A stretch of 64,000 nt of DNA from Aplysia californica. Lineage: Eukaryota. Location: assembly GCF_000002075.1 (NCBI RefSeq), contig NW_004797336.1, positions 1,428,432 to 1,492,431 of the forward strand. Reading direction: 5' to 3'. Position 1 is the stretch's first letter; every line of letters starts with the position of its first letter. The notes under the pieces are model-generated. The model saw only the letters and a list, made by a program, of their open reading frames with translations, had not been told where the DNA came from and made no database searches. Position numbers and translations under genes: made by a program. Below, in pieces: positions 63,852 to 64,000 of this stretch.

Positions 63852-64000
63852 GGAGCGATGCGTTTACTGTCTGTTGAACACCTACGAGAAACACAAATCT
63901 CACTCTGAGCATTCTTTTTTTGCTTTGAAAATATTAAGTTTAAATTAACAACTATCGTGGTAAATTAAATTTGGGGAGAACATAACGGATTGTGTCAAGA

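Overview
Animal genomic DNA, probably a gastropod mollusc (inferred from protein divergence and repeat types), with six N-gaps. 1-30.4 kb: the 5' part of a huntingtin (HTT) orthologue on the minus strand. I traced 37 coding exons by hand (5429 nt, about 1809 codons, phases consistent at every junction); the gene runs off the left edge. It has a conserved N17 but no polyQ/polyP, one GC-AG intron, and a candidate 36-nt micro-exon. A probable promoter and non-coding first exon lies near 33.8-34.0 kb. 34.8-57.3 kb is a dense, nested transposon field: MITEs, a tandem palindrome-rich element, a THAP/P-element relic, RTE and Tc1 fragments, two tRNA-derived SINE families, and a decayed Academ-type DNA transposon inside one copy of an old tandem duplication. 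58.6-63.9 kb: a CYP3-clan cytochrome P450 on the plus strand whose ExxR, PERF and heme-binding exon(s) are not visible (assembly gap or true loss). I see no clear-cut new biological system; the best leads are listed as findings with their caveats.
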